A stretch of DNA of 64,000 nt from Acidimicrobiales bacterium (GTDB lineage: Bacteria > Actinomycetota > Acidimicrobiia > Acidimicrobiales > CAIXPF01): NCBI GenBank assembly GCA_046155365.1, contig JBJXFH010000142.1, forward strand, positions 14,600-78,599, given 5' to 3'. The position numbers were made by a program, and so were the translations under genes. Numbering within the stretch: the stretch's first letter is position 1; each line of letters begins with the position of its first letter. Below are positions 21,022 to 31,013 of this stretch, piece after piece. The notes under the pieces are model-generated. The model had not been told where the DNA came from, made no database searches, and worked only from the letters and a program-made list of their open reading frames with translations.

Positions 21022-22018
21022 GGCGCCGGGCGGGCACCTTCAGCGGCGTGTACCGGCGAGGGCCGCCGGCGTCCACGTCGGCACTCACGTCGGCATGCAC
21101 GTCGGCACGCACGTCGGCACGCACATCAGGGCGGTGCCGGTGGGTGCCGGCGGTGCCGCTCCACCAATCGAGGCCGACCTCCAGGTCCAGCCCGTCACGT
21201 CGGATGCGCTCGTCGAGGTGGAAGGCGGCCGCGGTCCACGCCGCCGCCGGGCACAGCACCAGACCCAAACCCAGTTGCAGCAGGTTGGCCCCCACCCGTT
21301 GCCACGCCTCGGGCAGCCGCAGGATCAACATCAACGGCACCAGTCCCAGCGTGAGGGCCAGCACCCATCCCACCAGGACCTGCAAACAGACCAACCCCAG
21401 GGCCCGACCGAAGCTCCGCCGACCCAGCCCCATCATGCGCCCCAACGCCCGGCGGGGACCGACACCCTCGAGGGATTGCACCGCTGACAGCTGCAACGTC
21501 CACGCCGAGATCACCGCCACCGTCACCACCGGCACCACGCCCAGCAGACGCACCGGTGCCAGCAGGGCCCAGGTCACCGCGGCGCCCAGCCAGATCCGCC
21601 ATCCCAGGGCGTGGCAGCGCCGCCAGGTGGGACGGATCCCGGCGGCTTCCAACGCCACCGCCCGGGCCATGGGCAGCCCCAACATCGCCGCCGCCAGGCT
21701 GAACCCGGCCACCGACACCGCACCGGCCCACCAGGACCCATCCGTCACCAGCCCGGGGGTGGGTTGGCCCTCGCCTACCAGCGCCGTGATCAGCGTGGCA
21801 GGCAGCAGGAACAGCAGGGCGCTGCCCATCAGCAGGCGGGGATGACGGCGCAGCGCGGCGAAGCCCCGGTCCACCAGTTCGGGGACCGACCGGGGTCCCA
21901 ACAGCTCCGGGCGTAACGGTTCCAGGTCCGCCACCCAGCCCGTCACGGGCGCTGGTGTCGCGCCGGACCCCGCCAGGGAGTGGGGCGGCGCTGCTGGGGT
22001 GCCGTCGGCAAGGGACAT
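20966..22018 (-). CDS. polytopic membrane protein, first gene of the MoxR cluster
   Basis: LVDRGFAALRRHPRLLMGSALLFLLP followed by about 6 TM segments. Start ambiguous (22018 or 22075). The C-terminal tail carries a 12-nt repeat and overlaps the next gene by 56 nt. Confidence 0.55.
   Translation of the reverse strand: MSLADGTPAAPPHSLAGSGATPAPVTGWVADLEPLRPELLGPRSVPELVDRGFAALRRHPRLLMGSALLFLLPATLITALVGEGQPTPGLVTDGSWWAGAVSVAGFSLAAAMLGLPMARAVALEAAGIRPTWRRCHALGWRIWLGAAVTWALLAPVRLLGVVPVVTVAVISAWTLQLSAVQSLEGVGPRRALGRMMGLGRRSFGRALGLVCLQVLVGWVLALTLGLVPLMLILRLPEAWQRVGANLLQLGLGLVLCPAAAWTAAAFHLDERIRRDGLDLEVGLDWWSGTAGTHRHRPDVRADVRADVHADVSADVDAGGPRRYTPLKVPARRRDAARSGRRRSRVGRGRA
21074..21130. repeat. 12-nt tandem repeat x5 (cacgtcggcacg)
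   Basis: cacgtcggc at 21074, 21086, 21098 and 21110; degenerate copy at 21122. Encodes DVRADVRADVHADVSADV. Confidence 0.88.
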
Positions 22019-22134
22019 GGGGCGGGGACTGCCTGGGCTTGGAGCCACCCCAACGGGACTGGCCAGGATCTCCACGCAACCGGACCGTCACGTGGTGTGG
22101 TGAGCATATCGGCGACTCGACGTAGCCAGCGGCC

Positions 22135-22989
22135 ATGGCGGGACCATCCACCGGCGGCATCGGGGCTGGCCGCACCCAACCAGCGATTAGCGTGGCCGGC
22201 TGCATGGACGGGTTCGGCCCCAGTACCTACGGCGACGCCTTCGCTGACATCTACGACACCTGGTACGGGGACCTTCCCGGCAAAGACGAGACGGTCAGCG
22301 CCGTGGCCCGTCTGGCCCGCGGTGGGCCGGTGCTGGAGCTGGGGTGCGGCACCGGGCGGCTGGCGTTGCCGTTGGCGCAGCTGGGCCTGGAGGTGCACGG
22401 TTTGGACAGCAGCCGGCCCATGTTGGATCAGCTTCAGGCCAAGCTGGACGCGGACCGCAGCGCGGACCGGCCGGTGGTGGTGACCCATCAGGCGGACATG
22501 GCCCGGTTCGATCTGGTCGGGACCCCGCCCTTCAGCGTGGTCTTCGTGGCCTTCAACAGCCTCTTCAACCTGCCGGCGGAGGCTGATCAGGCCGGCTGCC
22601 TGCATGCCGCCGCCCGTCACCTGGCCCCCGGCGGCCGCCTGGCGTTGGAGTGTGTGGTCCCCGGGGATGCCCCGAGCCGGGTCAAAGACGCCGTTGAGCT
22701 GCACTCCATCGGCGTGGACCGGGTGGTGTTGCGGGTCAGCCGGCAAGATCCCGCCACCCAGACCGTGACCGGGCAGCATGTGGAGCTGACCAACAACGGG
22801 GTACGGCTGCGGCCGTGGCATCTGCGCTACATCACCCCGGCGCAGCTTGATGCCCTGGCCAGCGCGGCCGGGTTCGAGCTGGAGGATCGATGGGCGGACT
22901 GGGCCGGCACCGCCTTCGACGCCGACGCCTTGACCCACGTCTCGGTCTACCGCCTGACCGGCCCCCAGCGCTCCGGGGTGACACCGTGA
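22135..22989 (+). CDS. class I SAM-dependent methyltransferase
   Basis: Motif I VLELGCGTGRLALPL and post-I HGLDSS. Alternative ATG at 22204. Confidence 0.85.
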   Translation: MAGPSTGGIGAGRTQPAISVAGCMDGFGPSTYGDAFADIYDTWYGDLPGKDETVSAVARLARGGPVLELGCGTGRLALPLAQLGLEVHGLDSSRPMLDQLQAKLDADRSADRPVVVTHQADMARFDLVGTPPFSVVFVAFNSLFNLPAEADQAGCLHAAARHLAPGGRLALECVVPGDAPSRVKDAVELHSIGVDRVVLRVSRQDPATQTVTGQHVELTNNGVRLRPWHLRYITPAQLDALASAAGFELEDRWADWAGTAFDADALTHVSVYRLTGPQRSGVTP

Positions 22990-23993
22990 CCGAGTTGCGG
23001 TTCAACCCGTTGTTGTCCCGTTGGGTGACGGTGGCCGGTGAACGCGCCTCCCGACCGTCGGACTTCGTGACCCGCCAGCTTCCGGTGGAGGCCGAACCGC
23101 TCCGACCGTGCCCGTTCTGCCCGGGGAACGAGGGCGCCACCCCACCGGCGTTGGAAAGCTATGGACCTCAGGGCCACTGGCAGGTCCGGGTGGTCCCCAA
23201 CCGCTATCCGGCCTTCGATGGGGAGGGGCCGCTCAGACCGGTGGGTCATGGTCCGCTGCATCGTTCAGCCCCCGCCACCGGTATCCATGAGGTGCTGGTC
23301 CTCAGCCCCCACCACCGGCTGAGCTGGGCGGATCTGTCCGATCCCCAGGCCGGTTTGGTGATGGCCGCCATTCGGGACCGCATCGAGGACCACGCCAACC
23401 AGGCCGGGGTGGAATACACCCAGGTCATCGTCAACCACGGGCGGGAGGCGGGGGCGTCCATCGAGCATCCCCACGGGCAGCTTTTGGGCATCCCTTTCGT
23501 GCCGGGCGAGCTGGAAGATGAGCTGCAGAACTTCGCCGCCTTCGAACGCACCCCCGGAACGGTGCCCGGCGCGCACGGTTTGCTGGGGGCGGTGCTGTCA
23601 GAGGAACTGAGCCGGCCGGAGCGCATCGTGATCGACGATGATCGGGTGGTGGCGTTGTGCCCCTACTGGAGCGGGTCCCCTTACGAGCTGCTGGTGGTGC
23701 CCAAACGAGCCTCGGCCCATCTCGATCGGGCCGCGCCCGGTGATCTGGCCGCCACCGGGCGGGTATTACGGGACGTGCTGCGCCGGTTGCGGGCCCTGCT
23801 CGGGGACATCGCCTACAACCTGGTGTTCCATACCGCGCCGCATCGTGCCGGGCTCCAGGTGCCGTTCTGCTGGCATGTCCATGTCCTGCCGAAAACCAGC
23901 ACCGTCGCCGGTTTCGAGCAGGGCACCGGGGTCCGCATCAACATCGTCGCCCCCGAACGGGCCGCCCAGCAGCTCCAAGACATCGCTGTCTGA
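22986..23993 (+). CDS. galT: galactose-1-phosphate uridylyltransferase family protein (HIT superfamily, GalT branch)
   Basis: GTG at 22986 (GTGA overlap with the methyltransferase stop). CPFCPGNE zinc motif and the active-site histidine motif EHPHGQL. Confidence 0.85.
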   Translation: MTELRFNPLLSRWVTVAGERASRPSDFVTRQLPVEAEPLRPCPFCPGNEGATPPALESYGPQGHWQVRVVPNRYPAFDGEGPLRPVGHGPLHRSAPATGIHEVLVLSPHHRLSWADLSDPQAGLVMAAIRDRIEDHANQAGVEYTQVIVNHGREAGASIEHPHGQLLGIPFVPGELEDELQNFAAFERTPGTVPGAHGLLGAVLSEELSRPERIVIDDDRVVALCPYWSGSPYELLVVPKRASAHLDRAAPGDLAATGRVLRDVLRRLRALLGDIAYNLVFHTAPHRAGLQVPFCWHVHVLPKTSTVAGFEQGTGVRINIVAPERAAQQLQDIAV

Positions 23994-24040
23994 GCTGATA
24001 TCGCCGTCTGAACCGACACCGCCGCCTGAACCGATCTGGA
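23987..24040. repeat. imperfect 18-nt tandem repeat x3 starting at the galT stop; each unit carries an in-frame TGA
   Basis: TGA at 23991, 24009 and 24027 (period 18). Units gtcTGAgctgatatcgcc, gtcTGAaccgacaccgcc and gccTGAaccgatctggag. Confidence 0.7.
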
Positions 24041-24050
24041 GCCCGCCGTC

Positions 24051-25220
24051 ATGCACATCGCTTCGCGCACCTTGCAACTCAAGGAGTCCGTGATCCGGGA
24101 GATGACCCGGCTGGCCATCAGCTGCGGCGCGGTCAACCTGTCCCAGGGCTTTCCCGATTTTGACCCGCCGCCGCAGGTCATTGAAGCCGCCACCCGCGCC
24201 CTCACCGGCGGCCAGAACCAGTATTCGATGTCCTGGGGGCTGCCCTCGCTGCGTGAGGCGCTGGCCCGGCGCTACCGCACGATGTTGGGCTGGGAAGTGG
24301 ACGCCGATCGCCATGTGGTGGTCACCTGCGGGGTCACCGAGGCTGTGGCCTGCGCCTTTTTGGCGGTGCTGGACCGCGGTGACGAGGTCATCGTGCTGGA
24401 ACCGGCGCATGAAACCTACGGGCCGGCGGCGATGCTGGCCGACGCGGTGATGGTGCCCGTCACCCTGCAAGCACCCGAGTTCGCCCTGGACCCCGACCGC
24501 ATCGAGGCCGCCATCGGCCCCCGCACCCGGGCCATTCTCATCAACACCCCCCACAACCCCACCGGCCGGGTGTTCAACGGCGCCGAGCTGGCCGCGGTGG
24601 CCGAGCTGGTGTTGCGCCACGATCTGGTGGTCATCACCGATGAGATCTACGACGAGATCCTCTACGACGGGCGGGTGCACGTGGCCCCCGGCTCGCTCGA
24701 GGCGTTGCGGGAGCGCACCGTCACCATCGGCGGGTTGGGCAAGACCTTCGCCATGACCGGCTGGCGGCTGGGCCACGCCATCGCCCCCGATCAGCTGACC
24801 CGGGCGGTGCGCGGCGCCCATGACTTCCTCACGGTGTGCGCCGCCACCCCGTTGCAGGCCGCCGGCGCCGCCGCCCTGGAGCTGGACCGCTCGTTCTACA
24901 CCCAGATGGTGGCGGACTACCACGAGCGGCGGCGGCTGTTCTGCGACACCCTGACCGAGGTGGGGTTGGTTCATCACCGGCCCGAGGGCGCGTATTACGC
25001 CATGACCGATTTCACCGGCGTTCGCCCCGACCTCGATGACGAGGCCTTCACCCGCTGGCTGACCACCGAGGTGGGCGTGGCCTGCGTCCCCGGACGGGTG
25101 TTCCACTCAACGTTGGACGGGGCGCGACCAACCGGGCACAACATGGTCCGTTTCGCCTTCGCCAAACGCCTCGACACCCTCAACGAAGCCGCCGATCGGT
25201 TGCGCGCCGGTCTGGGCTGA
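24051..25220 (+). CDS. PLP-dependent aminotransferase, class I/II
   Basis: 389 aa. INTPHNPTG and the PLP-Lys region GLGKTFAMTGWRLG. Confidence 0.9.
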   Translation: MHIASRTLQLKESVIREMTRLAISCGAVNLSQGFPDFDPPPQVIEAATRALTGGQNQYSMSWGLPSLREALARRYRTMLGWEVDADRHVVVTCGVTEAVACAFLAVLDRGDEVIVLEPAHETYGPAAMLADAVMVPVTLQAPEFALDPDRIEAAIGPRTRAILINTPHNPTGRVFNGAELAAVAELVLRHDLVVITDEIYDEILYDGRVHVAPGSLEALRERTVTIGGLGKTFAMTGWRLGHAIAPDQLTRAVRGAHDFLTVCAATPLQAAGAAALELDRSFYTQMVADYHERRRLFCDTLTEVGLVHHRPEGAYYAMTDFTGVRPDLDDEAFTRWLTTEVGVACVPGRVFHSTLDGARPTGHNMVRFAFAKRLDTLNEAADRLRAGLG

Positions 25221-25232
25221 CCCTCACCGGGG

Positions 25233-26204
25233 TCACTCGAAGGTGTGGACCCGTAGCCGCTGCGCCACGTCGGCGTTGGCGTAACCGGCCCAGGCCACCG
25301 GATGGTGCACACCGAGCGGTATGTCGAGGGGGCCGGCGGGTAGGGCCTCGATGACCGCGCCGGCGGCGCGGGCCACCCATAGCCCGGCCAGGTCATAGGG
25401 ATGGGCCGCCATCGAACCGGGGGCCAGCACCGGGCGGGGGTCGAACACCGCGGCGTCAGCGCCGGTGGCCAGGCCCATGAGTTGCCCCCCGCTGCAGGGC
25501 ACCAGATCATCGAAGGTGGCCAGGCCGGCCAGGTGTCGGTCCGCCCATCGACCGATGATCTCGCCGTGGCCGGGCCCGAAGCGCACCACGGTGACGAAGC
25601 TGTGGTCCAGATCGGCCCCGGGGCGGGGGACGAGCGACGTGGGGTGACGCTGGCCCAGGCGCAGATCCTCGTCTTGGGCCACCAGGTTGCCGTGTCGGTC
25701 CGCCCAACACACCAGACCCAACGCGGCCCGCTGGGTGGGCACCTCCACCACCACGGACAGCTCCAGGTCCTCCAGGGTGGCGGCGTCGCGACCGGCGCCG
25801 ATGAGCACCCAGGCCGAGCGTTTGTCGGCCAGCAACGGGCGGGTGCCGTCCAGCGGATCGCACAGGAACCGCCATGGCCCGGTGCCGTCCCCCACCGGGA
25901 GGGGTTCCTCGAAGCCCTCCATGGTCCAACGCCCTGACCAGGGGGCCAAGGACCCGCCGGGCCCCAGCCCGGCCAGGATCAATTGATCAGCCACCTCGTC
26001 AACGCCGAACACGTGGTCACCGCCCTCTTGGCGTACCACCTGCCCCAGGCCATGGGTCTGCACCGCCAGCGCCCGCCGCACCTCATCGCGCACCGAGCAG
26101 GCCAGGGTCACCAGCACCTCGGCCAACGCCCGCAACTCCTCGGTGGCGGCCTGCGTGTCAAATTCGGCGCTCACCCGGTGCGGCGGCGGCGTGATCGGGG
26201 TCAT
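25233..26204 (-). CDS. inositol monophosphatase/FBPase superfamily protein
   Basis: ATG at 26202-26204 (ATGA overlap with the rhomboid stop). Contains a DPLDGT metal-binding motif. The listed ORF to 26723 is an out-of-frame overlap of the rhomboid gene. Confidence 0.68.
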   Translation of the reverse strand: MTPITPPPHRVSAEFDTQAATEELRALAEVLVTLACSVRDEVRRALAVQTHGLGQVVRQEGGDHVFGVDEVADQLILAGLGPGGSLAPWSGRWTMEGFEEPLPVGDGTGPWRFLCDPLDGTRPLLADKRSAWVLIGAGRDAATLEDLELSVVVEVPTQRAALGLVCWADRHGNLVAQDEDLRLGQRHPTSLVPRPGADLDHSFVTVVRFGPGHGEIIGRWADRHLAGLATFDDLVPCSGGQLMGLATGADAAVFDPRPVLAPGSMAAHPYDLAGLWVARAAGAVIEALPAGPLDIPLGVHHPVAWAGYANADVAQRLRVHTFE

Positions 26205-27073
26205 CCGCCGCCAAAGATCGGCGGCCTCGAGGCCAGCGCCACCGCCCCGATGGTGGCCACCACGGCCACCGCGGCGATCACAGCCCAGCCCACCGCGGCG
26301 TTGGGCTGACGGGCGGAGCGGGGCAACCCGAACAGGCTGAGCCCGATGACCGCCCCGCCGGCCAGCCCGCCCAGGTGACCGCCGATGGAGATATTGGGGA
26401 TGACGAACGTGATGCCCAGGTTGAGGGCCAAGGTGAGCCCCAACCCGGTCTGGCGCAGCGGAATGGATCGGCTCAGCTGCAGCATGAGCAGCAGCCCGAA
26501 CAGCCCGAACACCGCCCCGGAGGCGCCCACGGTGATGTCGTTGGGACTGAGCACCATGACCCCGAAGGAGCCCGCCAACAGGCTGGCCATGTACGCCGCG
26601 GCGAAACGGACCGACCCCAACACCTGCTCCATGATCTGACCCAGGCTCCACAGGGCGAACATGTTGAACGCCAGGTGCATGGCCCCGCCGTGGAGGAAGC
26701 CGCCGGTGACCAGCCGCCACCACTCCCCCTGGGCCACGCCGATCTCGCCGATGTCACGGTAATTGCCGTACCCGATCAGCGCGAAGCGTTCAAACAGCAC
26801 GGAGTTGCGCTGCGTGTAGTCGAACATGAACACCGCCACGTTGATGGCGATGATGACCAAGGTGGCGACGGGGCGGACCATGGTCTGGTTGTTGGACCAG
26901 CGGGCGGACGGCTTCACCACCCGTTGGGCGTTGCTGCGGGCGCAGTTGGGGCAGTGGAAACCGACCGAGGCGGAGATCATGCAATCGGGGCAGATCGGAC
27001 GATCGCAACGCTGGCAGGACACCCCCGCACCGCGGTCCGCGTGTCGGTAACAACTCAGCTGCGGGATGGTCAT
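26201..27073 (-). CDS. rhomboid-family intramembrane serine protease with an N-terminal zinc ribbon
   Basis: GASGAVFGLFG catalytic Ser motif and GGHLGGLAGG catalytic His region. N-terminal CYRH..CQRC..CPDC..CPNC. Confidence 0.85.
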   Translation of the reverse strand: MTIPQLSCYRHADRGAGVSCQRCDRPICPDCMISASVGFHCPNCARSNAQRVVKPSARWSNNQTMVRPVATLVIIAINVAVFMFDYTQRNSVLFERFALIGYGNYRDIGEIGVAQGEWWRLVTGGFLHGGAMHLAFNMFALWSLGQIMEQVLGSVRFAAAYMASLLAGSFGVMVLSPNDITVGASGAVFGLFGLLLMLQLSRSIPLRQTGLGLTLALNLGITFVIPNISIGGHLGGLAGGAVIGLSLFGLPRSARQPNAAVGWAVIAAVAVVATIGAVALASRPPIFGGG

Positions 27074-27114
27074 CGGGCTACGACGCTACCAACGGGCCCG
27101 GAGCACCCCTGGCT

Positions 27115-27855
27115 CTACGGGGCCAGCACCACCTCGGCGCTGGCGGGCGCTCCCAGTTCGCAGCGACCCACCAGGGGATCTGGCGCCAGCACCCGCCTCG
27201 ACCAACACCCCGAAGCCGCTAACGCCATCCAACCGTCCTGACCGTCCTGACCGTCTGCGGGCGGCGTGGGCGAGGCGCCGCCCACCAGGCAGCGGGTGCC
27301 GAGGTAGCGGGCGCCACCGGTCACCGCGGCGGCGGTCCAGCCGGGCGCGCTGCGAAGGCCGTCGCGCAGCACCGCGGCGCCGTCACGGTTGATGCGCACG
27401 CCGATGTCAACGGACAGCTGATGGGGCTCCTCGCCGGTTCGGCCCAACACCACCTCATCAGCCCAGGCCAGCGCGGCCTGCGGTCCCACGTCCACCTCAG
27501 ATCGAGCCCGGTACCGGGCCCCGGCGGCCACCACGGTGGGTTCCGGCCACCACAGCAGTTGTGAGCGGTCCGCCAGGTGGGCTTGCAGGGTCCACTCGGC
27601 CCAGCCGCCGCCAGGGCAGGGATGCACCACCGAGGCGGACACGCTGCGCACCGCCACCCGGGCCCCGCCGCTGAGTTCCACCCGCACGGTTAGCTCGTCG
27701 CCCTCCAACAGGCTGGCGCCCGAACTCACCAGCCACACCTCGGTGAGCGGTCCGGCGATGTCCGCGTGGTGACGGACCCTGGCGCACAGCGGCGGGTTGA
27801 CCTCGAGGTGGCGGACGGCCGCGTCATGAACGGCCACGGTCAACGTCGCTCGCAC
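27115..27855 (-). CDS. ureD: urease accessory protein UreD
   Basis: Last gene of the urease operon. Size and sequence pattern of UreD/UreH. Contains a 9-nt repeat (27232-27257) encoding DGQDGQDG. Confidence 0.78.
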   Translation of the reverse strand: MRATLTVAVHDAAVRHLEVNPPLCARVRHHADIAGPLTEVWLVSSGASLLEGDELTVRVELSGGARVAVRSVSASVVHPCPGGGWAEWTLQAHLADRSQLLWWPEPTVVAAGARYRARSEVDVGPQAALAWADEVVLGRTGEEPHQLSVDIGVRINRDGAAVLRDGLRSAPGWTAAAVTGGARYLGTRCLVGGASPTPPADGQDGQDGWMALAASGCWSRRVLAPDPLVGRCELGAPASAEVVLAP

Positions 27856-28595
27856 AGCCGCCCTTCGATGAACGCCACCACCTCGGACGCCGCGGGGTCG
27901 GCCACCAGGGACAGCATCACCGTCGGGGCGCCGTCTCGAACCCGGGCGGCGTCACGGGCCATGACCGCAAGATCGGCCTTGACCAACGGGGCCAGGTCGG
28001 TCTTGTTGATGACCAGCAGATCGGATCGGGTGATGCCGGGGCCGCCTTTGCGAGGCACCTTGTCACCGCCGGCCACGTCGATCACGAAGAACTGCACATC
28101 CACCAGCCGGGGACTGAACGTGGCGGTGAGGTTGTCCCCGCCGGACTCCAGCAACACCACGTCGAGGTCCTGATGGCGGGCCTCGAGCATGGCGATGGCG
28201 TCCTCGTTGGCGGCGATGTCATCCCGGATGGCGGTGTGGGGGCAACATCCGGTCTGCACCGAGGTCAGTCGATCATCGGCCAGCACCCCGGCCCGGGCCA
28301 CAATGGCGGCGTCCTCCCGGGTGAAGATGTCATTGGTCACCACCGCCACCGATCGGCGGGGTTGCAGTGCGGCACACAAGGCGATGACCAAGGAGGTCTT
28401 GCCCGACCCCACCGGCCCGCCGATCCCAACCCGCAGCGGTCCATCCTTGTCGGTACGGTACCGAGGAGCATGATCCTGATGGGTATGATCCTGGACGGTA
28501 TGATCCTGGACGGTATGATCCTGGACGGTATGATCCTGGACGGTATGGTCGTGGTCGGGGCCGCCGGACCCGAACGCGGCGAGATCATGAAGCAA
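27840..28595 (-). CDS. ureG: urease accessory GTPase UreG with a His-rich repeat N-terminus
   Basis: P-loop [10 protein letters not shown] and a conserved UreG core. The N-terminus [28 protein letters not shown] is encoded by a 15-nt tandem repeat. Confidence 0.95.
   Translation of the reverse strand: MLHDLAAFGSGGPDHDHTVQDHTVQDHTVQDHTVQDHTHQDHAPRYRTDKDGPLRVGIGGPVGSGKTSLVIALCAALQPRRSVAVVTNDIFTREDAAIVARAGVLADDRLTSVQTGCCPHTAIRDDIAANEDAIAMLEARHQDLDVVLLESGGDNLTATFSPRLVDVQFFVIDVAGGDKVPRKGGPGITRSDLLVINKTDLAPLVKADLAVMARDAARVRDGAPTVMLSLVADPAASEVVAFIEGRLCERR
28469..28558. repeat. 15-nt tandem repeat x6 (tatgatcctggacgg) at the 5-prime end of ureG
   Basis: Units at 28469, 28484, 28499, 28514, 28529 and 28544. 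The four central copies are identical. Confidence 0.92.
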
Positions 28596-29310
28596 AGAGA
28601 CGCACCTCCCAGGTGACGTGACGTTGGGCTCGCAGCTCCATCATCGGAGCCGAGCTGATTGGTGGGGCAAGGTCCGCCGACGCGCTGGCCGCCTCGCTGA
28701 TGCGGTCCACTGAAGGGGCCAGGCGCAGGGCAATGGCGGTGGCGTCGATCATGTCCAGCGCCATGAGCTTGGGAGCGGCGGACACGGTGGACATCAACGA
28801 ACCCCACACCGCCAGACGGGCCGCGGCCTGCGGGGACAGCCCGGCAGCGGCGGCCACCACGCCCGTCACCACCGTCAACACCTCAATGGGGCCCAGGTCC
28901 AGCTGCGGGAACAACACCGCCGCCGCTCGCCGCAGCCCCCGCCCCTGGGCCCGCGACGCGGCCCGCAGTGCCGACGAAGGTTGGTGCGCCTCGGCCTCCG
29001 CCTCCAGCCACGCCAGACGGACCTGGTCCGGATGGAGCTCGGGGTCGGGGTCGTGGTCGTGGTCGTGGTCGGCGTCGTGGTCGGGGTCGTGGTGTGCGGC
29101 TCGGCAAGCCTGCGCTGCCAGCCATCCCTCCAGCGGTCCGCAGGCCCACAATCGGCCCTCGGCGAAGGCGGCCAACGTGGTGACGTCGAACACCGCCCGT
29201 TCGGAAACCGCAGCTTCGAGGCCGCCGGAATGAGCGAAACCACCCCCGGGAAAGCGTCCGTCGGCCAACAGCAATTCCACCGTGGACCCCGTTGCGGTGG
29301 TGCGCGCCAT
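28585..29310 (-). CDS. ureF: urease accessory protein UreF with an internal His/Asp-rich insertion
   Basis: Position between ureC and ureG. N-terminal [20 protein letters not shown] is UreF-like. Insertion [23 protein letters not shown] is encoded by a gtcgtg hexamer repeat at 29041-29094. Confidence 0.8.
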   Translation of the reverse strand: MARTTATGSTVELLLADGRFPGGGFAHSGGLEAAVSERAVFDVTTLAAFAEGRLWACGPLEGWLAAQACRAAHHDPDHDADHDHDHDPDPELHPDQVRLAWLEAEAEAHQPSSALRAASRAQGRGLRRAAAVLFPQLDLGPIEVLTVVTGVVAAAAGLSPQAAARLAVWGSLMSTVSAAPKLMALDMIDATAIALRLAPSVDRISEAASASADLAPPISSAPMMELRAQRHVTWEVRLFAS

Positions 29311-31013
29311 CAGAACAGCGAGTACCGCTGGGCCAACGGCAGCACGCTCACCGGATCTTCCACGATGAGTTGCCCGTCGATGCGCACGGCGAAGTTCCTG
29401 GGGTCGACCTCAATACCGGGCAGTGCGGTGTTGAGCGGCAGGTGTGCTTTGGTCACGGCCCTTGTGTCGCCCACCGGCAACAGTCGCCGCTGCACTCTGA
29501 TCCGTTCGGCCAACCCGTCATCGAGCGCCGCGGGGGCCACCCAGGCCACGCTGAGCGCGGCGGCGTTGGTGGCGCCGAACATGGGACGGGACATGATCGG
29601 CTGGGGGGTGGGGATGGAGGCGTTGGCATCGCCCATCTGGGCCCAGGCGATCATGCCGCCCTTGATGACCAACGCCGGGCGGGTGGCGAAGTGCGCCGGG
29701 TCCCACAGGCAGAGGTCGGCCAGTTTTCCCGGTTCAATGGAGCCCACCTCGGCGTCCAGACCGTGGGCCACCGCGGGGGCGATGGTGACCTTGGCGATGT
29801 AGCGCATGGCCCGCAGGTTGTCCGCCCCGGGCACCGGTTCGCCCTCCAGCGCACCGCGGCGGCCCTTCATCACGTGCGCCGTTTGGAACGTGCGGGTCAC
29901 CACCTCCCCGACGCGGCCCATGGCCTGGGAGTCCGACCCGATGATGGAGATGGCGCCCATATCGTGCAACCAGTCCTCAGCGGCGATGGTCGAGGGCCGG
30001 ATCCGACTCTCGGCGAACGCCAGGTCCTCGGGCACCTCGGGGTTGAGGTGATGGCACACCATGAGCATGTCGAGGTGCTCGGCGATGGTGTTCACGGTGT
30101 GGGGACGGGTGGGGTTGGTGGAGGACGGCAGCACGTTGGGGAACGAGGCCACCGTGATGATGTCCGGGGCGTGGCCGCCGCCGGCTCCCTCGGTGTGGTA
30201 ACTGTGGATCGACCGCCCGGCGATGGCTGACAGGGTGGAGTCCACGAAGCCCGCCTCGTTCAGGGTGTCGGTGTGCAGCGCCGCTTGCAGGCCCCATCGA
30301 TCACAGGCCGTCAGACAGGCGTCGATGGCGGCGGGGGTGGTGCCCCAGTCCTCGTGCAGCTTGTACCCGGCGGCACCGCTGCGGGCGGCCAGGGCCAACT
30401 CCGCTTCGGACACCGTGTTGCCTTTGGCCAGCAGCGCGACATTGACGGGGTAGGCATCGAGTGCCTCAAGCATGCGGGGCAGATACCACGGGCCGGGGGT
30501 GCAGGTGGTGGCCTTGGTGCCCTCGGCGGGGCCGGTGCCGCCGCCCACCAGCGTGGTGATGCCCGCCGTCAGCGCCTCGTGGATGATCTCGGGGCAGATG
30601 AAATGCACGTGGCAGTCCACCGCGCCGGCAGTAAGAATCCGGCCTTCACCGGCGATGACCTCGGTGGAGGGCCCGATGACCAACTCCGGATGGACCCCGT
30701 CGGAGATGTCGGGGTTGCCGGCCTTGCCCAGGGCCACGATGCGTCCGTTGCGGACCCCGACGTCCGCTTTGAACACCCCGGTATGGTCCAACACCAGGGC
30801 GTTGGTGATGACCAGATCAATGGTGGAGCGCAACGCCTGGCCCATGGACTCCCGGATGACCTTGCCGCCTCCGAACACCGCCTCGTCGCCCGGTCCGCCG
30901 GCCTGGGTCAGATCCTCGGTGGGCGAGATGAACAAGTTGGTGTCCGCCAGCCGCAACCGATCACCCACCGTGGGCCCATAGAGCTGGGCGTAACGCTGGC
31001 GGGACATCCTCAT
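29310..31013 (-). CDS. ureC: urease alpha subunit
   Basis: 567 aa. The Ni-ligand regions are recognisable ([37 protein letters not shown]). Confidence 0.97.
   Translation of the reverse strand: MRMSRQRYAQLYGPTVGDRLRLADTNLFISPTEDLTQAGGPGDEAVFGGGKVIRESMGQALRSTIDLVITNALVLDHTGVFKADVGVRNGRIVALGKAGNPDISDGVHPELVIGPSTEVIAGEGRILTAGAVDCHVHFICPEIIHEALTAGITTLVGGGTGPAEGTKATTCTPGPWYLPRMLEALDAYPVNVALLAKGNTVSEAELALAARSGAAGYKLHEDWGTTPAAIDACLTACDRWGLQAALHTDTLNEAGFVDSTLSAIAGRSIHSYHTEGAGGGHAPDIITVASFPNVLPSSTNPTRPHTVNTIAEHLDMLMVCHHLNPEVPEDLAFAESRIRPSTIAAEDWLHDMGAISIIGSDSQAMGRVGEVVTRTFQTAHVMKGRRGALEGEPVPGADNLRAMRYIAKVTIAPAVAHGLDAEVGSIEPGKLADLCLWDPAHFATRPALVIKGGMIAWAQMGDANASIPTPQPIMSRPMFGATNAAALSVAWVAPAALDDGLAERIRVQRRLLPVGDTRAVTKAHLPLNTALPGIEVDPRNFAVRIDGQLIVEDPVSVLPLAQRYSLF

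Noticed and set aside
25233-26723. 496-aa ORF as one protein
   Set aside because: Its N-terminal 170 aa are an out-of-frame read through the rhomboid gene. The IMPase-like protein starts at the ATG in the ATGA overlap at 26204.
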